A stretch of 64,000 bases of DNA from Psammoneis japonica (GCA_008632985.1 QPGO01000032.1:245330-309329), one strand, 5' to 3'; positions 37,740-50,997 are shown, counted from the stretch's first letter. Program-made: numbers and translations. Notes: a model not told the origin generated them from the sequence alone.

Positions 37740-38314
37740 GATCCGAATTTCTGCAGAGTTCGAATACATCTCGGATTTGTAACTCGTCCACTGGGGATTG
37801 AGCTTTTTGATACAGATAAGCTAAAATTTGGCAAGGTCTATCTCTCTCCAGTGTCATAGCAACATAGCTTGTAGCAGTTCAAGAACAACCCGACATGCCT
37901 ATCCGCGTTTGGTCATTCTCGGATTCATTCATGCAAGTATCGTCACCATGGTGCAAATGTGTGTGAAGCCCATCTCTGGCTGATCATAGGGCCCTAGACA
38001 TTTATCCTGATGATGTCGAAAGAGACTTGTGGGTAAAGTGTGAATCGTCTCATCATTTCTTCCCTCGCTTGAACGACGATGTGTTCAAAGTGATCATACC
38101 ATCCAGCCTAGAGCAATCAATTCCATCAACCGAGCTTCTCTTCTTGCCGGCCGCCTACAGACCGTACGTATAGTCTTCACGTGCATTCTACGTGTTCCAA
38201 GATCGCCGATCGCATCCGCGGTCACAACTCAACAACAATTGCAACAACAAAGCGACAGCAACGAGAACACAGTAGATTACACTTGCTGTTATACAATAAC
38301 ATTGCCACCTTACT

Positions 38315-41300
38315 ATGCCTTCTGCTTCAGTGAATTGGGGTGATTGGTTGGGCTCTTGGAAACAGGGTCTCGACGAAGAGTCGGAACGGATCGATCGTCA
38401 GCGTGCAGCCTTTGGGGGAGATACGGTGGCTCGCATCAAGGATCTCAACGTGCTTCTTGTCGGATGCAAGGGTGTCGGAGTCGAGACGGCCAAGAATTTG
38501 ATCCTCTCCAATGTCGGTGCCGTGGTGTTGGTCGATGACGGTGCGGCACAGATTCAAGATTTGGGAAGCAACTTTTATCTAACGCAAGAGCACGTGACGA
38601 ACAAGACGAGTCGTGCTGAAGCGTGTCTGGCTCAACTCAAATCGTTGAATCCGTATTGTAAGGTTGACAAGTGGGCAGAAGCGTCGATTGAGGCATCTGC
38701 TGCAGACAATTTAGTAACGACAGACAATGTCTTGGGTACAGGCAAACCCCTGACTGCCATGGTGGTGACAGATCTTTTACCCAAGGATCAATTGATCTTT
38801 CTGAACGAAATGTGCCGTTCTCACAACATTGCATTTATCATGGCATTTAACAAGGGCGTCACCTCGAGTATCTTTAGTGACTTTGGAACTCATCACGAAA
38901 TTACCGATATCAATGGCGAACCTACTCAAATGCTCGCTATTTCAAACATGGAGGTCATTCAGAAACCTGATATTCTCAAGGTTGACGGTTGTAACAAGGG
39001 CGACACGATTGTCATCATTACGGTTGCATCTAGTGATCACGGACTAGACAATGGCGATACGGTCGTGTTGGATGATATGAGGGACGCTCTCTTGCCACTC
39101 AATGGCAAGGAATTCAAAGTCAAGCGTGTGGCCTTTGTGTCTCCCACGGAAGCCAAGATTGATACGCAGGATGTTTCCTTTCAGCTTGCGCTATCGGAAC
39201 CCACGGAGCGAGTTCTTGACAACTTTGAGCGTCAGTACAGTCATTATCAACTAGAGCACAAGGGTGACCGGCCCTTGCCAACACGCACCATTACCATGTT
39301 TAATCGACTCGCTTTGGTTCTGGATGAAGAGCAACAAGATCAACTAGTCGAGTTGTTTTCCCAGTACGAAGCGGGTGGATTGTTAAATCAAGTGCGTCCC
39401 GTCGTGACCAAGTCATACGACTCCTTGGCAGAAACTCTAATCAAGACGCCGGTTCCTCAAATGCTTCGCGGGGAAGATTGGGAAGCTGGAAAGGGTATTG
39501 AGGTGCACTTGTCGATTGCCGCCGTCTTGGAGTTTCAAAGCAAGCACCAACACTGGCCACGTCTCCACAATGCCAATGATGCAAAAGAGGTGTTGGAGTT
39601 GGCCAAGTCCATTTCCAAGGAACATAGTGGTATGGAGAATGCGTGTTGGGCACAATCCGTATCGTTTGGATTCCCCTCGGGCGAAGAGCGAGAGTTGGAC
39701 GAGGTTCGGATTTTGCGCTTTGCCAAGCTCTATTCAACCGAGCTGACGGGCTTTTGTGCCTTTTTGGGTGGAGCCGCTGCACAGGAGGTTTTGAAAAAGA
39801 CGGGCAAGTTTACTCCCATTTCACAGTGGATTCATCATGATGAACACTGCTTGGTTACGGACGAGTCACCCACCAATGTCGCTCCCAGCATGTTTGGATC
39901 GCGTTATGACCACCAACTGGCTGTGCTTGGCAAGGACTTTATGCACCGCATAGCCAACCAGCGTGTGTTCCTTGTGGGATGTGGTGCCTTGGGATGTGAA
40001 TACCTAAAGGGTCTATCTCTCATGGGTGTCGGTACCGGACGGAACGGTATGGTTCACGTGACGGATATGGATCGGATTGAAGTTAGTAACCTTTCGCGTC
40101 AATTCCTGTTTCGCGACAGCGATGTGGGAAATCCAAAGTCCGTGAGTGGAGCTCGCGTCGTCAAGGAGTGGAACCCACAACTCAACATTGTGGCACTCGA
40201 AAAGAGGGTTGGAAACGACTCGGAAGACTTTTTCAATGATGACTTTTGGGAGTCTCTCACCGTCTGCTGGAACGCCCTCGACAATGTTGCCGCGCGACAG
40301 TACACGGATGCACAGTGTCTCTTTTACGCCAAACCTCTCTTGGAGAGTGGAACGTTGGGCACCAAGTGTAATCACGAAGTTATCTTGCCCTACCGGACGT
40401 CCACCTACAATGACGGCAAGGAATCCGATGACAATGAAAATCAGATTGCCATGTGTACGCTCCGCTCTTTTCCATACCTACCGCTCCACTGTATTGAGTT
40501 CGCAAAGCAATCTTACTTTGCTGACTACTTTGAATTCGGTCCTGATCAGTACGAAACCTTCCGCAAGGACATGGCCTCGTTTTTTGAGCAGCTCGACAGC
40601 ATGGAAGCCGAGGAGCAGTTGAAGAGTCTCACCATGATTCAGTTCTACATTGAAAAGCAAAAGGACGGAAAGAAAATCGATTTTGAATTGTGTGCTCGCA
40701 TCGCTTTTGATCGAATGATTGAAGACTTTCGCACGTCCGTCCTGAACCTTTGCCACGCTGCGGATGAGATGGAGCGCTCGTCAGGTGAAAAGTTTTGGAC
40801 GGGTACCAAACGACGACCTCGTGCCATTGACTGGAACCCTTCAGAGCCCACTCCCGAACTTATGGAGTACATGTATTGCACGACAAACCTGTACGCCGTG
40901 GTTTGGGGACTTGATCCTGTCCGAGATCGTAGCCGCTTTGAGGAAATCATTCTCGCTCTAGGATTGGAACAACCCGAGTGGTCGCCGTCGTCTGACAATG
41001 TGAACTTGAATGAAGATGACAGCAACATGCTTGTTGGTGAAGACAAGAGTGAAGAGGCGGAGAAGATCAAGGCAGACTTATACTCTGCCGACGTGTCGTC
41101 TTTGCAGCCAGCATTCCCTCAAGATTTTGAGAAGGACGAAGATTCCAACTTTCACATTGATTTCTTGACGGTTGGAACCAACTTACGTGCATGGAATTAT
41201 GATATCAAGGCCTCTCCGCGCCACACAGTCAAGGTTACCGCCGGTCGTATCATACCCGCCCTCGCCACGACGACAGCCATGGTGTGCGGCCTCGTGGACA

Positions 41301-42061
41301 TTGAATTCTGCAAGCTTGTCTTGGGGCTTGAATCCTTAGGACGTGATCAGTTCCTCAACTCCAACATTAATCTGGCCGCAGGTTCCGGCAACTTTACTAC
41401 TTATAGTCCCGATCCACCGATTCCATTGAAAACCGGGCTCAAGCCACCTCTTCCGCAATCATTCTGTTCGTGGGACAAGATTGAAGTTACCCCGAGTGGA
41501 ACGGCCGAGATGACTGTCGAGCAATTGGTCAATTACATTGAATCATCGCTTGATGTCTCTGTAAGTCGCATCTTTTCCTTTGGCAGCACGGTCGATAAGG
41601 CTCTTTACAGTGCAACCAACAAAAAAAGGCTCGAGTGGGATATCACGATTGACGAGAGCGGAAAACCGCACGTATCGGACGGTGTCTTTGGCCAGTGGCC
41701 TCAAATTCGGATGGCAGTGCAAATGCTATCCAGGCTACCTCCCACAAGTGGACAGCGCAAAATCTTTGAGGGGCAAATCAACACGGTCAAAAAGGCGTTG
41801 GACAAAACCAAGGAGAACTTTGAGGACGTGTTCAAGGGACCCGTGTCCAAGGCCTTTCTCAAAGAGTATGAACCCGAGGATGAAGAGGAGAAGGCGTACT
41901 TTCATGCTGTGGCTGATGCAAGGGACTATGTGAAGCTCGGAGTCGATTGTCATACAATGGATGGGGAAGAGATCCACTTGCCCTGCATCAAGTACTCGTA
42001 CATGCCCGACGCCGAGATGACCAACGACCGTGCGGTCAAACGGCACAAACAGGGCAACTAG
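38315..42061 (+). CDS. UBA1: Ubiquitin-activating enzyme E1 (intronless, 1248 aa)
   Basis: GCKGVGVETAKNLIL, AAQEVLKKTGKFTPI, GCGALGCE, DMDRIEVSNLSRQFLFR, catalytic MCTLRSFP, FEKDEDSNFHIDF, GRIIPALATTTA. Confidence 0.95.
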   Translation: MPSASVNWGDWLGSWKQGLDEESERIDRQRAAFGGDTVARIKDLNVLLVGCKGVGVETAKNLILSNVGAVVLVDDGAAQIQDLGSNFYLTQEHVTNKTSRAEACLAQLKSLNPYCKVDKWAEASIEASAADNLVTTDNVLGTGKPLTAMVVTDLLPKDQLIFLNEMCRSHNIAFIMAFNKGVTSSIFSDFGTHHEITDINGEPTQMLAISNMEVIQKPDILKVDGCNKGDTIVIITVASSDHGLDNGDTVVLDDMRDALLPLNGKEFKVKRVAFVSPTEAKIDTQDVSFQLALSEPTERVLDNFERQYSHYQLEHKGDRPLPTRTITMFNRLALVLDEEQQDQLVELFSQYEAGGLLNQVRPVVTKSYDSLAETLIKTPVPQMLRGEDWEAGKGIEVHLSIAAVLEFQSKHQHWPRLHNANDAKEVLELAKSISKEHSGMENACWAQSVSFGFPSGEERELDEVRILRFAKLYSTELTGFCAFLGGAAAQEVLKKTGKFTPISQWIHHDEHCLVTDESPTNVAPSMFGSRYDHQLAVLGKDFMHRIANQRVFLVGCGALGCEYLKGLSLMGVGTGRNGMVHVTDMDRIEVSNLSRQFLFRDSDVGNPKSVSGARVVKEWNPQLNIVALEKRVGNDSEDFFNDDFWESLTVCWNALDNVAARQYTDAQCLFYAKPLLESGTLGTKCNHEVILPYRTSTYNDGKESDDNENQIAMCTLRSFPYLPLHCIEFAKQSYFADYFEFGPDQYETFRKDMASFFEQLDSMEAEEQLKSLTMIQFYIEKQKDGKKIDFELCARIAFDRMIEDFRTSVLNLCHAADEMERSSGEKFWTGTKRRPRAIDWNPSEPTPELMEYMYCTTNLYAVVWGLDPVRDRSRFEEIILALGLEQPEWSPSSDNVNLNEDDSNMLVGEDKSEEAEKIKADLYSADVSSLQPAFPQDFEKDEDSNFHIDFLTVGTNLRAWNYDIKASPRHTVKVTAGRIIPALATTTAMVCGLVDIEFCKLVLGLESLGRDQFLNSNINLAAGSGNFTTYSPDPPIPLKTGLKPPLPQSFCSWDKIEVTPSGTAEMTVEQLVNYIESSLDVSVSRIFSFGSTVDKALYSATNKKRLEWDITIDESGKPHVSDGVFGQWPQIRMAVQMLSRLPPTSGQRKIFEGQINTVKKALDKTKENFEDVFKGPVSKAFLKEYEPEDEEEKAYFHAVADARDYVKLGVDCHTMDGEEIHLPCIKYSYMPDAEMTNDRAVKRHKQGN

Positions 42062-42540
42062 GGACCCTACTGTAGCAGAGAAATACTATCGAAGTAGTCG
42101 GAGTGATACAAGTTTACACTAAAAGGGATCGCACGCGTCCAGTTCAAATGGCGTGGATGCTCGTAATGCTTAACTGACAAATATGACTAGTATAGTAATT
42201 CTATAGGAACCAAGGCAACAAATAATAGTGACGAGGACGCTAGTGATTACAAATACGGTACAGTAGGGTCAGAGTAACAACGACTTTAATAGGAGTCATG
42301 CGTTGTTGCAAAACAATAATCGGGTCGAAAATGAGTACGCATCCCCTAACACTTTACTTTGTCGTTTCACCCTTTTCGGCGTTCAATTTAGCGAAGTTGT
42401 ACGTTCGAGTATGGCTCCAGTTGTGATCGGTGTATTGGTGAGAAAACTGCCCGTCCTCGATGCGAATGTAACCGTTTGGGTGTGCTCCAAAACACTCATG
42501 CCACGAGGTGGCCTTTTCGTTGATTGGAGTAAAGATAATT

Positions 42541-43032
42541 TCAAACAAATCCTGGTCGGCATGGGGAGAGGAGCTGGCATGTGTAGTGAAATTTGTGCAC
42601 CTCGTTGTCACTGCCGGTGCGAGTCAGGTCCTTGTGGAAGACAACGTTCGCATCTCGTTGCCATACCTTGGTCATTGCCTCGAATCCATCCGTATGGAAT
42701 CGCATGTAGACATTGTCCAAGCCATCCTGGTGAACAAGGTGGCCGCAGTAGTACATGCCGTCCGTGCGCACGTGACAACCCGTTTCCATAGCATACAACA
42801 ACTTGGCAAGAACAACCTTCTTGTCTTTATTGCCGTCGTCTCCATCATCAGATTTCTCATGAAAGTGCTGTCGAAGCAAATGCTGTCCCGTCTCGGTCGT
42901 TTCCAAAAGTTGCTTCATCTCGCTTAGCTCCATGGTCTCCTCGTACTGACTCCACGGCAAAGTCGATTTCGTCTCACTGGGCGTCAGTGATGGTTTGTTC
43001 TTCTCCATAGCTGACGACTGCTCATCTTTCAA
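42541..43032 (-). CDS. Hypothetical protein, ~155-163 aa
   Basis: Open frame with protein-like composition between two genes; start uncertain. Confidence 0.55.
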   Translation of the reverse strand: MKDEQSSAMEKNKPSLTPSETKSTLPWSQYEETMELSEMKQLLETTETGQHLLRQHFHEKSDDGDDGNKDKKVVLAKLLYAMETGCHVRTDGMYYCGHLVHQDGLDNVYMRFHTDGFEAMTKVWQRDANVVFHKDLTRTGSDNEVHKFHYTCQLLSPCRPGFV

Positions 43033-43378
43033 AACTGATAAAGTTACCGCTTTACTCTACCTGTTTGTGTCTTCCTGGGGGGTGTGATTTGCTTCGCCAC
43101 AAGGTAAAGTGCAAAGTGCAACAACGAACAAGAAGTGACCTTACTTTCAGATTTTGTTGTTCCACGATGCAGCCACATACCGGTATAATGTCGTGTTTTT
43201 GAACGAGGCTTTTGAAAGAGTCGTGTCAAACTGTCGAAAACCTGTGCCGGTATCTTTCATTGCGGGGCGCTCATGTGTAGCGATGCAAGTTTAAAGTAAA
43301 AGGGATTTATGTACTTCAGTGTATGTATTTGCTTTTGTAGGATTTTTGAAAATACACGGTCGTTAGCATCCAGTCTCC

Positions 43379-44635
43379 TCAATGTGTTCGTTTCATGTAA
43401 CCAATCCGGTTCTCCACTTCCCAGTCTACATGCTCATTCATCCAGGAAATGTATTCAGGATCAAACTCGTTCTTCTTCCTTGGCTCTGATGGAGCATAGG
43501 GCGTGCACTTGGCTTGAATGCCAGTCTTTTCTTCAATCTCCTTGATGAGCTTGGCGGTTCCCTGTTGAACCTGATCCTCATAACGCAACAGCATGAAATC
43601 GGAAACACTTTCGTAATCGGCAATCTCCAAAAAGTTCAAATTCTTGTCGCGTCTCAAATCCACAATCGAGTCGTACGGTTGTCCCGGTCGATCTCGACGC
43701 AATTCGTATCGAGCAGGCCACCACCCTCTCTTGTTCAAATTCCGCGGCGACTTGCATGGAAAAATCTCGTGTGACTTGAATCCCTGCAAACAAGACGAGC
43801 GTTTCTTGTTGGATACGCGACCCCCGTTTTCTGCGTCCACCATGGCTTGTGGCACGGTCCACGGTCTCGTGACAAATTCCTTCCAATCCAAGTCAACATG
43901 ATTGGGAGAGTGGTGGGGCTTTTTCCTCATTGCCTCGACCCACGCGTACGGATCACGAAATTGTGCAATCACAAGAATATTCTTTTTGTCTGGAGGATCG
44001 TACTGAAACCAATGCTTCCAACGCGCAAAACTGCTCTTCATCTGTGACAGAAGTAGCCCGAGAATTGAAAATAGTTAGTTGCCTATCGAATCCTCACCGA
44101 AAAAACAGCAAATTCAAAATTGTTGTGTACTTACAAAAATATCGTCACCAAAGCATTCTGACAAGTGTTCAAACATCCAATTGGTACCCGAGTGTCGCTC
44201 TCCAAGAAATCGAATCTCTGTCGGATAAGTCTTGGTCTCACTGTTGTTGTTGGCAGCAAGTGATGAGTCTTGTTGCTGTTCTGATATCTGCTCCCGGAGA
44301 GTGCGTGAAGGATGAGTATCCGATATTGTGTTTGGAGGAACGACAACGGTTATGGGAGGCCGAAGTGCAATTGTACACAAGGCAATCAGGATGAGGATTT
44401 GTGTAGAAAGAATCTTATAGTTCCATCGTCTCTTTTGATCCGTGTAGAGTGGTAAAGGAGGATACTCATGGTGCGACGTCTTTGGAAAAGTTTTGCAAGG
44501 TGAGGACGACGGCGACCTTCTTCTAAATTCGGGAAACAACCTTCTTGGTGCTGGAAGCTGCGACGGTGACGTGGGCACAGAGAGACATTCATTGTCCTCC
44601 TCAAGGACGGGAAAGATTGGAGGGGTGTTGTTCAT
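43379..44635 (-). CDS. Type II membrane sulfotransferase-like (P-loop) protein (intron ~44042-44130)
   Basis: TM segment, 5'-PSB-like GERHSGTNW, WKHWFQ, 3'-PB-like QFRDPYAWVEAM, LLRYED. Confidence 0.8.
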
Positions 44636-44989
44636 TTTGTTGTTTGATGCCAATGCTCTGGGTCTTACTTGTGCAAAGAAAAATGAAACAAAAATAATGA
44701 GAGCTTTGTGGGGCTTCTCCGTTTTGTGAAGCAAGCGACCAGCACGGGTTTCAGGTGACTGACTGGTGTCATCGAATTCAAATCTTTGTACTAAAGACTT
44801 CACGTAGATTTCTACATCAACTAAATTTGAAATCTGAATAAATTTATCAGGTACTTAAAATTAATTAATCGATAGCAAACACGACCCAGTCACAAAACCG
44901 CCACTCTTCTCAAGACTGAAGAACTCAAGGAAGAACGGGAAAAAACGAGCGCAATGGCACTAAGAAGCCTTTCTCTGTCAGCGCTCTCC

Positions 44990-47900
44990 TTCATCAATCC
45001 TTGCCATTTGTCACATGCCTTCCTTGACACAAAGCACTCGCACTCATCTGTGGATTTGTTTTGTCACAGACAGCACCAGGCATCATCACAGATGAGCCAA
45101 TGACTTGCTGCTTTGGCAAGTTGCACTTGGCACAGCAAAGTGCAAATTGTTGCGCACACCAGGAGTCCTGGCATGAAATTGACACAACGAAATTGTTCTA
45201 AACATGAGTGTCAACACATCCTGAAGCCTCAAAAATGATGAGCTGCCCAACTTCAATGAAAACAACCAGTTCGTCGTCTCAAGAACACTCAGATGTTCTC
45301 AAAATTTTCACAGAAAATTGCCGTTGAGAGAAATTGTGGACAAACTGACAAATTGTTTAAAGTGCATTTCAACACACCCTGAAGTGTCAGAAATGGTGAG
45401 CTGCCAAACTCCTGCAAGAAGAAATGTGCCCCATTGTTCTTTTGGGCTTGTTGTGTCACGTGAGTGAACATCAATGTTGCACACACAAGAAGTCCAGGCA
45501 TGAAGCCCCCACCATCAACAGCCATGTTTGTCTCTTTGTGTGGCTGGGTGAACTTGGATTTTGACTCTTCATTTTTGCTTTTCTGTCTGGATTGGTTTGA
45601 CATGTGCAACATTTAAACAAAACTCACTGAGAACAGACACAAACTGTGGCCAGACAATTGACCTGTGTGGGAGATTTTGCAAAGTCAAAATGGTTGAATG
45701 TGGCTGATTTGTGATGCGTGCATGCTCCACAAGCAAAAATTTTGATGTCACATTTGGCTGGTTGCATTTTTTTTCAATGCCTCAAAAATGCAGCAATCAG
45801 GTGTGCACAGCTTGCAGAGCTGAGCATTGGAAGCATTCCTTTGCCTCCAAACTCTGCAAAAGTGGCCATTCTTTTTCCATTGGTGATGTTTGTTTGTCAC
45901 CTTTGCTCAAAAGCTGCAGAACTTACAAGCAAAATTCTGTTTTGCAGCATCTCAAAAACTCCAGCTGTGTGCTGGAACATGTCAGCTGCAGCAGCAAGTG
46001 GCATGCAAAGTCATGACTGTGAGTTTCTTGACGAGGTGTTTGCACTCTTCATCTGCATCATGCAGGGCCTGGCCGTTGGAGTGGCAGGTCATGAGAGTGA
46101 AGGCAGTTGCCACATCATGCTGGTGCATGATGTGCACAATTTTCAAAGACAATGACATGTGTCCATGTGCTTTGCTGGCCTTGCTCTGCTTTTTTGACAG
46201 TGAACGCAGTGCAGAAATTTTCACAGTTTTCCATCTTTGTTGCCACCAAAAAGCACTTGCAGTGTGGGGCAAAAATGTGCCAACAATGTGAGTGGAAACA
46301 GCAACACCCTGGTTCATGGTTCACCCCAGCACCCAGTGCCTTTGTTGGGCACTGACCCATCTCTTCAATCTGCCAAGCAACATGAGCACTCATCATTGCA
46401 CAGCAGCAGCAGAAAGAGAGAGCAGCAGTGGCAGCACGTTTTTGGCTTTGGCGCTTTGGCTCAATCAACTTGTGGCTCCATTGATGGTAAAAAAAAAATG
46501 GATGTTTGGCAGAAAAAAAAAAACAACTCAGTCGCCAGAGTGGCAGCTTGCCAGCAGCATTTTCTAGAAAGCATTGGATTCTGTTGACAAAACGTTTCTT
46601 TGTTGGTCTTGAGAATGGCTGGTCTTCTCCACCACCACTCCCTGTGTTGGGCCTGGCGTCATTGTGCATTCAAAAGATGTTCTTCCCTTTTGCTTTGCAG
46701 GTGCCAACCACTGCCAAAAACACTCAAGAAACACAGTCATGGAGAAAAGTGCCTGCTCTCACCTGCCAACATAAAATCCTGCTCAAAACCAGACAAAACT
46801 TGTGCAGTTCTTTGGATGATGTGTCTGCTGCTGCTCAGCCAAGAATGAGTTTAAAGTTTGTCCAAATGCCAATGGTCACAGTCTCTCTTCATCACATCTT
46901 GCACACCACAGATCAGCCAACACGTGCAGGCAATCTGCCATGTCAGAAAACATTGCTGCATGATTGTTGTCATTGTCAGAATTAACAACAGGAAACACAA
47001 TTGGTTGCCACAAGAACAACTGTTTTTGCTGTCAGCAAGGCTCAAGTGTCCAAGGTTGGCAATCTTGACAGCACTTGTGGGTGGAACCTGTGCATCCAAG
47101 AAGCCAACATGTTTGGGGTGCACTCCAGTCCTGGGTGGGGCATCACAGCACTGGAGCTGTTGCACAGCTCACGCATGCTGTGTCTTTGACTGCACTCTTT
47201 GGCACAAGAACAAGGCCCTTTTTTTGAAAATGCCAAAACTCTGCATGTCTCTTTTGTTTGTGCATGTGCATTGTCTTTTTTGTGATCTGCAAGGGTGAAG
47301 GATCTGCTTGACTTGCAAAACCAATGCAGCTGGTGGTCATTGACTTGTTCATTCATCACAGAGCTGATTTTCTGCAGAGCCCACATGCAGAATTCTGACA
47401 GCATGAAAAAATGAAGCATGCAGCCCCACCTCCTGCAGCTGGAGCACATCTTGACTGAAGCGTGGGGTTGGCACTGCAATGGCTGCTGCAGCCATTGCAA
47501 GTGCTGTGTTGCCCTGAAGAAACATTGGACAAGCACATGAGAAAGGGTTGTCTGGTGGTGGGTGGGGGTCAAGTGCAAAACTGTGTGCTCACAAATGAAG
47601 AGTGTTTCTTTTTTGTCAAAATTGCAGGTGTGGTGCATCATGTGCCATGGCTGGGAGCTTTCTACATTGTTGCCACCCATCAGACACACTGTTGGACAAT
47701 GGAGTTGCTGAGCCACAGCACTTTTGTTTTGCAGCCAGCAGAGTGACATTGGCCGAGCAGTGTGTGTTGGCAAGCAGTGCCAATGCAGCCCAGACTCCCA
47801 GTCAAGAGAGAAACTTGCATTTCTAATCATCATGGCTGCTCAACAAAAAGCCTGCATTGGTGGACAGCATGAGGCTTGGACAGTGTGAGGCTCAACATCT

Positions 47901-50900
47901 TGAAAAGCTCTGTGCTCTGAAGAAGTTCTTGGCTGGCGTGCACTGCCACCAATGGGAAGCACTCAACCTTGGTCCTGATGAGAACCTGTTTGTTGTTGGT
48001 GCAGCATGGACAATCAAGGGAGAGAAATGGCTCTTGTTCCACCAACTGCCTCTTCTTGTGAAAATTGATGCCACATTTCCACAAACAACAAGAAGAGAAC
48101 TTTTGTCACTTTCTTGGCCCTGTCACCCACCAGCAACTTTCATTTTTTAATGTCTTTCTGCCAGACCAAAAACAGGGCTGTTTTGTTGGGTCCTTCTTTG
48201 GGTCACATTTCTCACATTGGTGGATGAAATGTCACTTCAAAGGGTCAAAGTTGTCTTGACAGATGCAATGACTCACAAGAAGAAATTTGGGAGCTGAGGA
48301 GAGCCATCACACTGCCCTTGCAAGAGTTGTGTGTCATCAGGGCCAAGCTGGAGCACGCACCACAAAAAACTGAGCACTGTGACAACCCCCAAATGCCTGC
48401 AGCATTTCAAGCCCACTGTGGTTGGCACATCACCACAGAGAAGGATGGAGCCATCGCTGTCTTGGCAAGAGCTGTGTGTCATTGGGTCCAAACTGTGGCA
48501 CACACAAGCAATTTGTTGGTGCTGTCAAAGCATTGCTGAATTCCCTCATGCATCCCAGCGGTTGCAAGCATGAATTTGAGCTGAAGGCACATTGAAGCCA
48601 TTGCCACTCGCGTTGTTCCTTCACTTGCCCAAGGTTCTGCAAATCTGGGAAGAAAGTGAGGTCACCTTCCAGCACATCTTCTCATCACCTGGGGCCAGAA
48701 CAGGCCCAACAATGCCAGTGTGGCTGGTCTTTCCCAGCTCAGTGAAGTCAATTGCAGCCAGCAAAATGAGGACAAAGATTTTTCCAAAGGCCCATGGTTG
48801 ACATCTTTGGTGATGGTGACAATGGCAGCCCCCAAGACATTGGTCACATGGTTGGCCCAGTTGATCTCAATGACATGATTTGCATTGAGCAGGCCTCCAC
48901 CCCATCTTGTTTTAATTCTGTGTTGAAAATGTCATGTGGCTTGAGTTGTCCCTACAAACAAGAAGAGCATTTCTTGTCAGATGCACAACCCCTGTTTTCT
49001 GCATCCACCATGGCTTGTGACATGGCCCATGGCATCATGACAAAATTCCTTCCAATCCAAGTCAATGTGATTGGGAGAGTGGTGGGGCTTTTCACTCATT
49101 GCCTTGACCCACGCACAGGGATCATGAAATTGTGCAACTGCCAAAGCACTCTTCTTGTCTAGAGGATTGTGTTGAAACCAGTGCTTTTTCCCATGAGCAA
49201 AACTGCTCTTCAGCTGTGGCAATGGCACAAGGATTGAAAAGAAAAAATGTGGCTCCGCATGTCTCCTGTTGCTTGTCCAATCCTCATTGCCAAAAGAAGA
49301 AATCAAATTTGAAATTGTTGCACTTGCAAAAATGTCACCAAAGCATTCTGACAAGAAGTGGTTGGGCACCCATTTGGCAACCAAGTGTCACTCTCCAAGA
49401 AATCAAATGTCTGTCAGATGAGTCTTGGTCTCACTGCTGTGAGCAGCACATGATGAGTCTCATCATTGTTCTGGTTGCTGATGCTCCCAGAGAGTGCATC
49501 ATGAAGAAGCAGGAACATCTGACATGGTGCATGAAGCAGGAACATCTGACATTGTGCTTGGAGGAATGTGCAGCTGTGCACAAGGCAAACCATCATCTCT
49601 TTTGTCCCTTGGTTGCTTTGCACTGATGAAAGCATGACATTCTTGCAGATTGTTTTGTGGCCAATGAAACCTGCATTTTTCAGCCCGCCTTCCATGCTGT
49701 CATGCAAGAGCAACATTGACATGGCTGGTTGGCAAGCATCCTTGACAATCCAAAATCTTTCTCTGTGAAAACAACACTTTGTGTCTGTGCCTTGTTGCAC
49801 TGCATTCATTGACATCGGTTGATTTTTTGTTTGTCAAAATTTTATCTTGTTCATCTCTGTGACATGTTGCTTGTCACAAAGAGAGGGAGAGAGAGAACAG
49901 GGATGACAAGGCAGCAACAGAGATGGCAGCTGAGACAGCGCAGCTGTGAAGGAAACAGCGGCAGCGAAGGAGATGGCCACAACAATGGCGCAGCTGCAAA
50001 GAACACACAGTGGCAGCAGTTTCTGAAAAATGTGCCAGCAAAACAGCAGCAAATGGGGCTGGAGAAGATTCCAGTGAAAAAGCAGAAAGATGTGGACAAA
50101 GCAGCACCACAACAGCAGCAACAGCAACTTGGTGCAATGCTCTGCAAAGATGTGGACAAAGCACCACACAACAGCAGCAACAGCAACTTGGTGCAATGCC
50201 CTGTTTGTGTTGCCACTGCTGCTGTTTCATTTTTTGATCTTGTTGTTGTTGTCATCATTCCCACACACAAGTGGCCACGGCATGCTGCCAAGCTGTTTTT
50301 CTGATGTGCTCATCATGCCAGCATCCATCATCAAGCAATGAAGCAAACATTTTGTCAAGATTTTTGTTGGCACACAAGTGAATTTTGTTGTTAAAAGAGT
50401 GCAGAAAGTGCAAGCTCTGGCATCTGCTGCAAGTTTGCACAGTGAAAAACTGCTCAGAAGAGCTCAAACAATGTCAAAATGCACTCACCTGGACAAGCTG
50501 GGACAGGCCCTGGATTGTGCTGATGATGCGCTGCTTCTTCTTTGCAGATGCCCTGGCATGGACTCTTGCAGCAACTTTGGCCAACACAAAACAATTTGGG
50601 CAATTTTGTCCTTGCTGAAGCACCAACCCTTCTTCCTTTGGGAGCCTTGTCATGCAACACCAGCCCCAGAGCAGCCAGTGCACACACCTGCAGCATGTTT
50701 GTTGATGCGGTGGAGCTTGTGCAGCTCTTTGTGATGAGAGTCCATTCACAAAGCACAACAATTTCCTTTGTTGAGAAGATGGGCACATTTTCCTTTCTTG
50801 AGCAGAGCAACAATGACACAAGCAACTGATGAGAATGCCCCTCTCCCTTCTCCCACTTGGTGTGCAGCAGACACAGATCATGAAATTCTGTGTGCTCCGC

Positions 50901-50990
50901 CAGCAAGAAGTGAAACTGTGGCTGCAGGCACTCTCAATGGTGCTCCTGCAGCAATCTAAATTTGAGTGCAGCATCTCCTGCAGCTCTTCC
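44990..50990. mobile_element. Block of heavily decayed, TpA/CpG-depleted repeat remnants (families not identified)
   Basis: Composition matches the recognised dead TEs; no intact motif recognised. Includes a ~57-60 bp tandem duplication at ~50086-50200. Confidence 0.5.
48843..49610 (-). pseudogene. Hypermutated partial copy of the sulfotransferase-like gene (equivalent to ~43670-44440), intron retained
   Basis: Collinear alignment; translates as KHWFQHNPLDKKSALAVAQFHDPCAWVKAMSEKPHHSPNHIDLDWKEF versus KHWFQYDPPDKKNILVIAQFRDPYAWVEAMRKKPHHSPNHVDLDWKEF. Confidence 0.92.
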
Positions 50991-50997
50991 ACATTGG

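Noticed and set aside
50086..50200. CRISPR-like array from short direct repeats (also 2395-2530, 61003-61133)
   Set aside because: Only two copies each, no repeat-spacer series, no cas genes, eukaryotic context.
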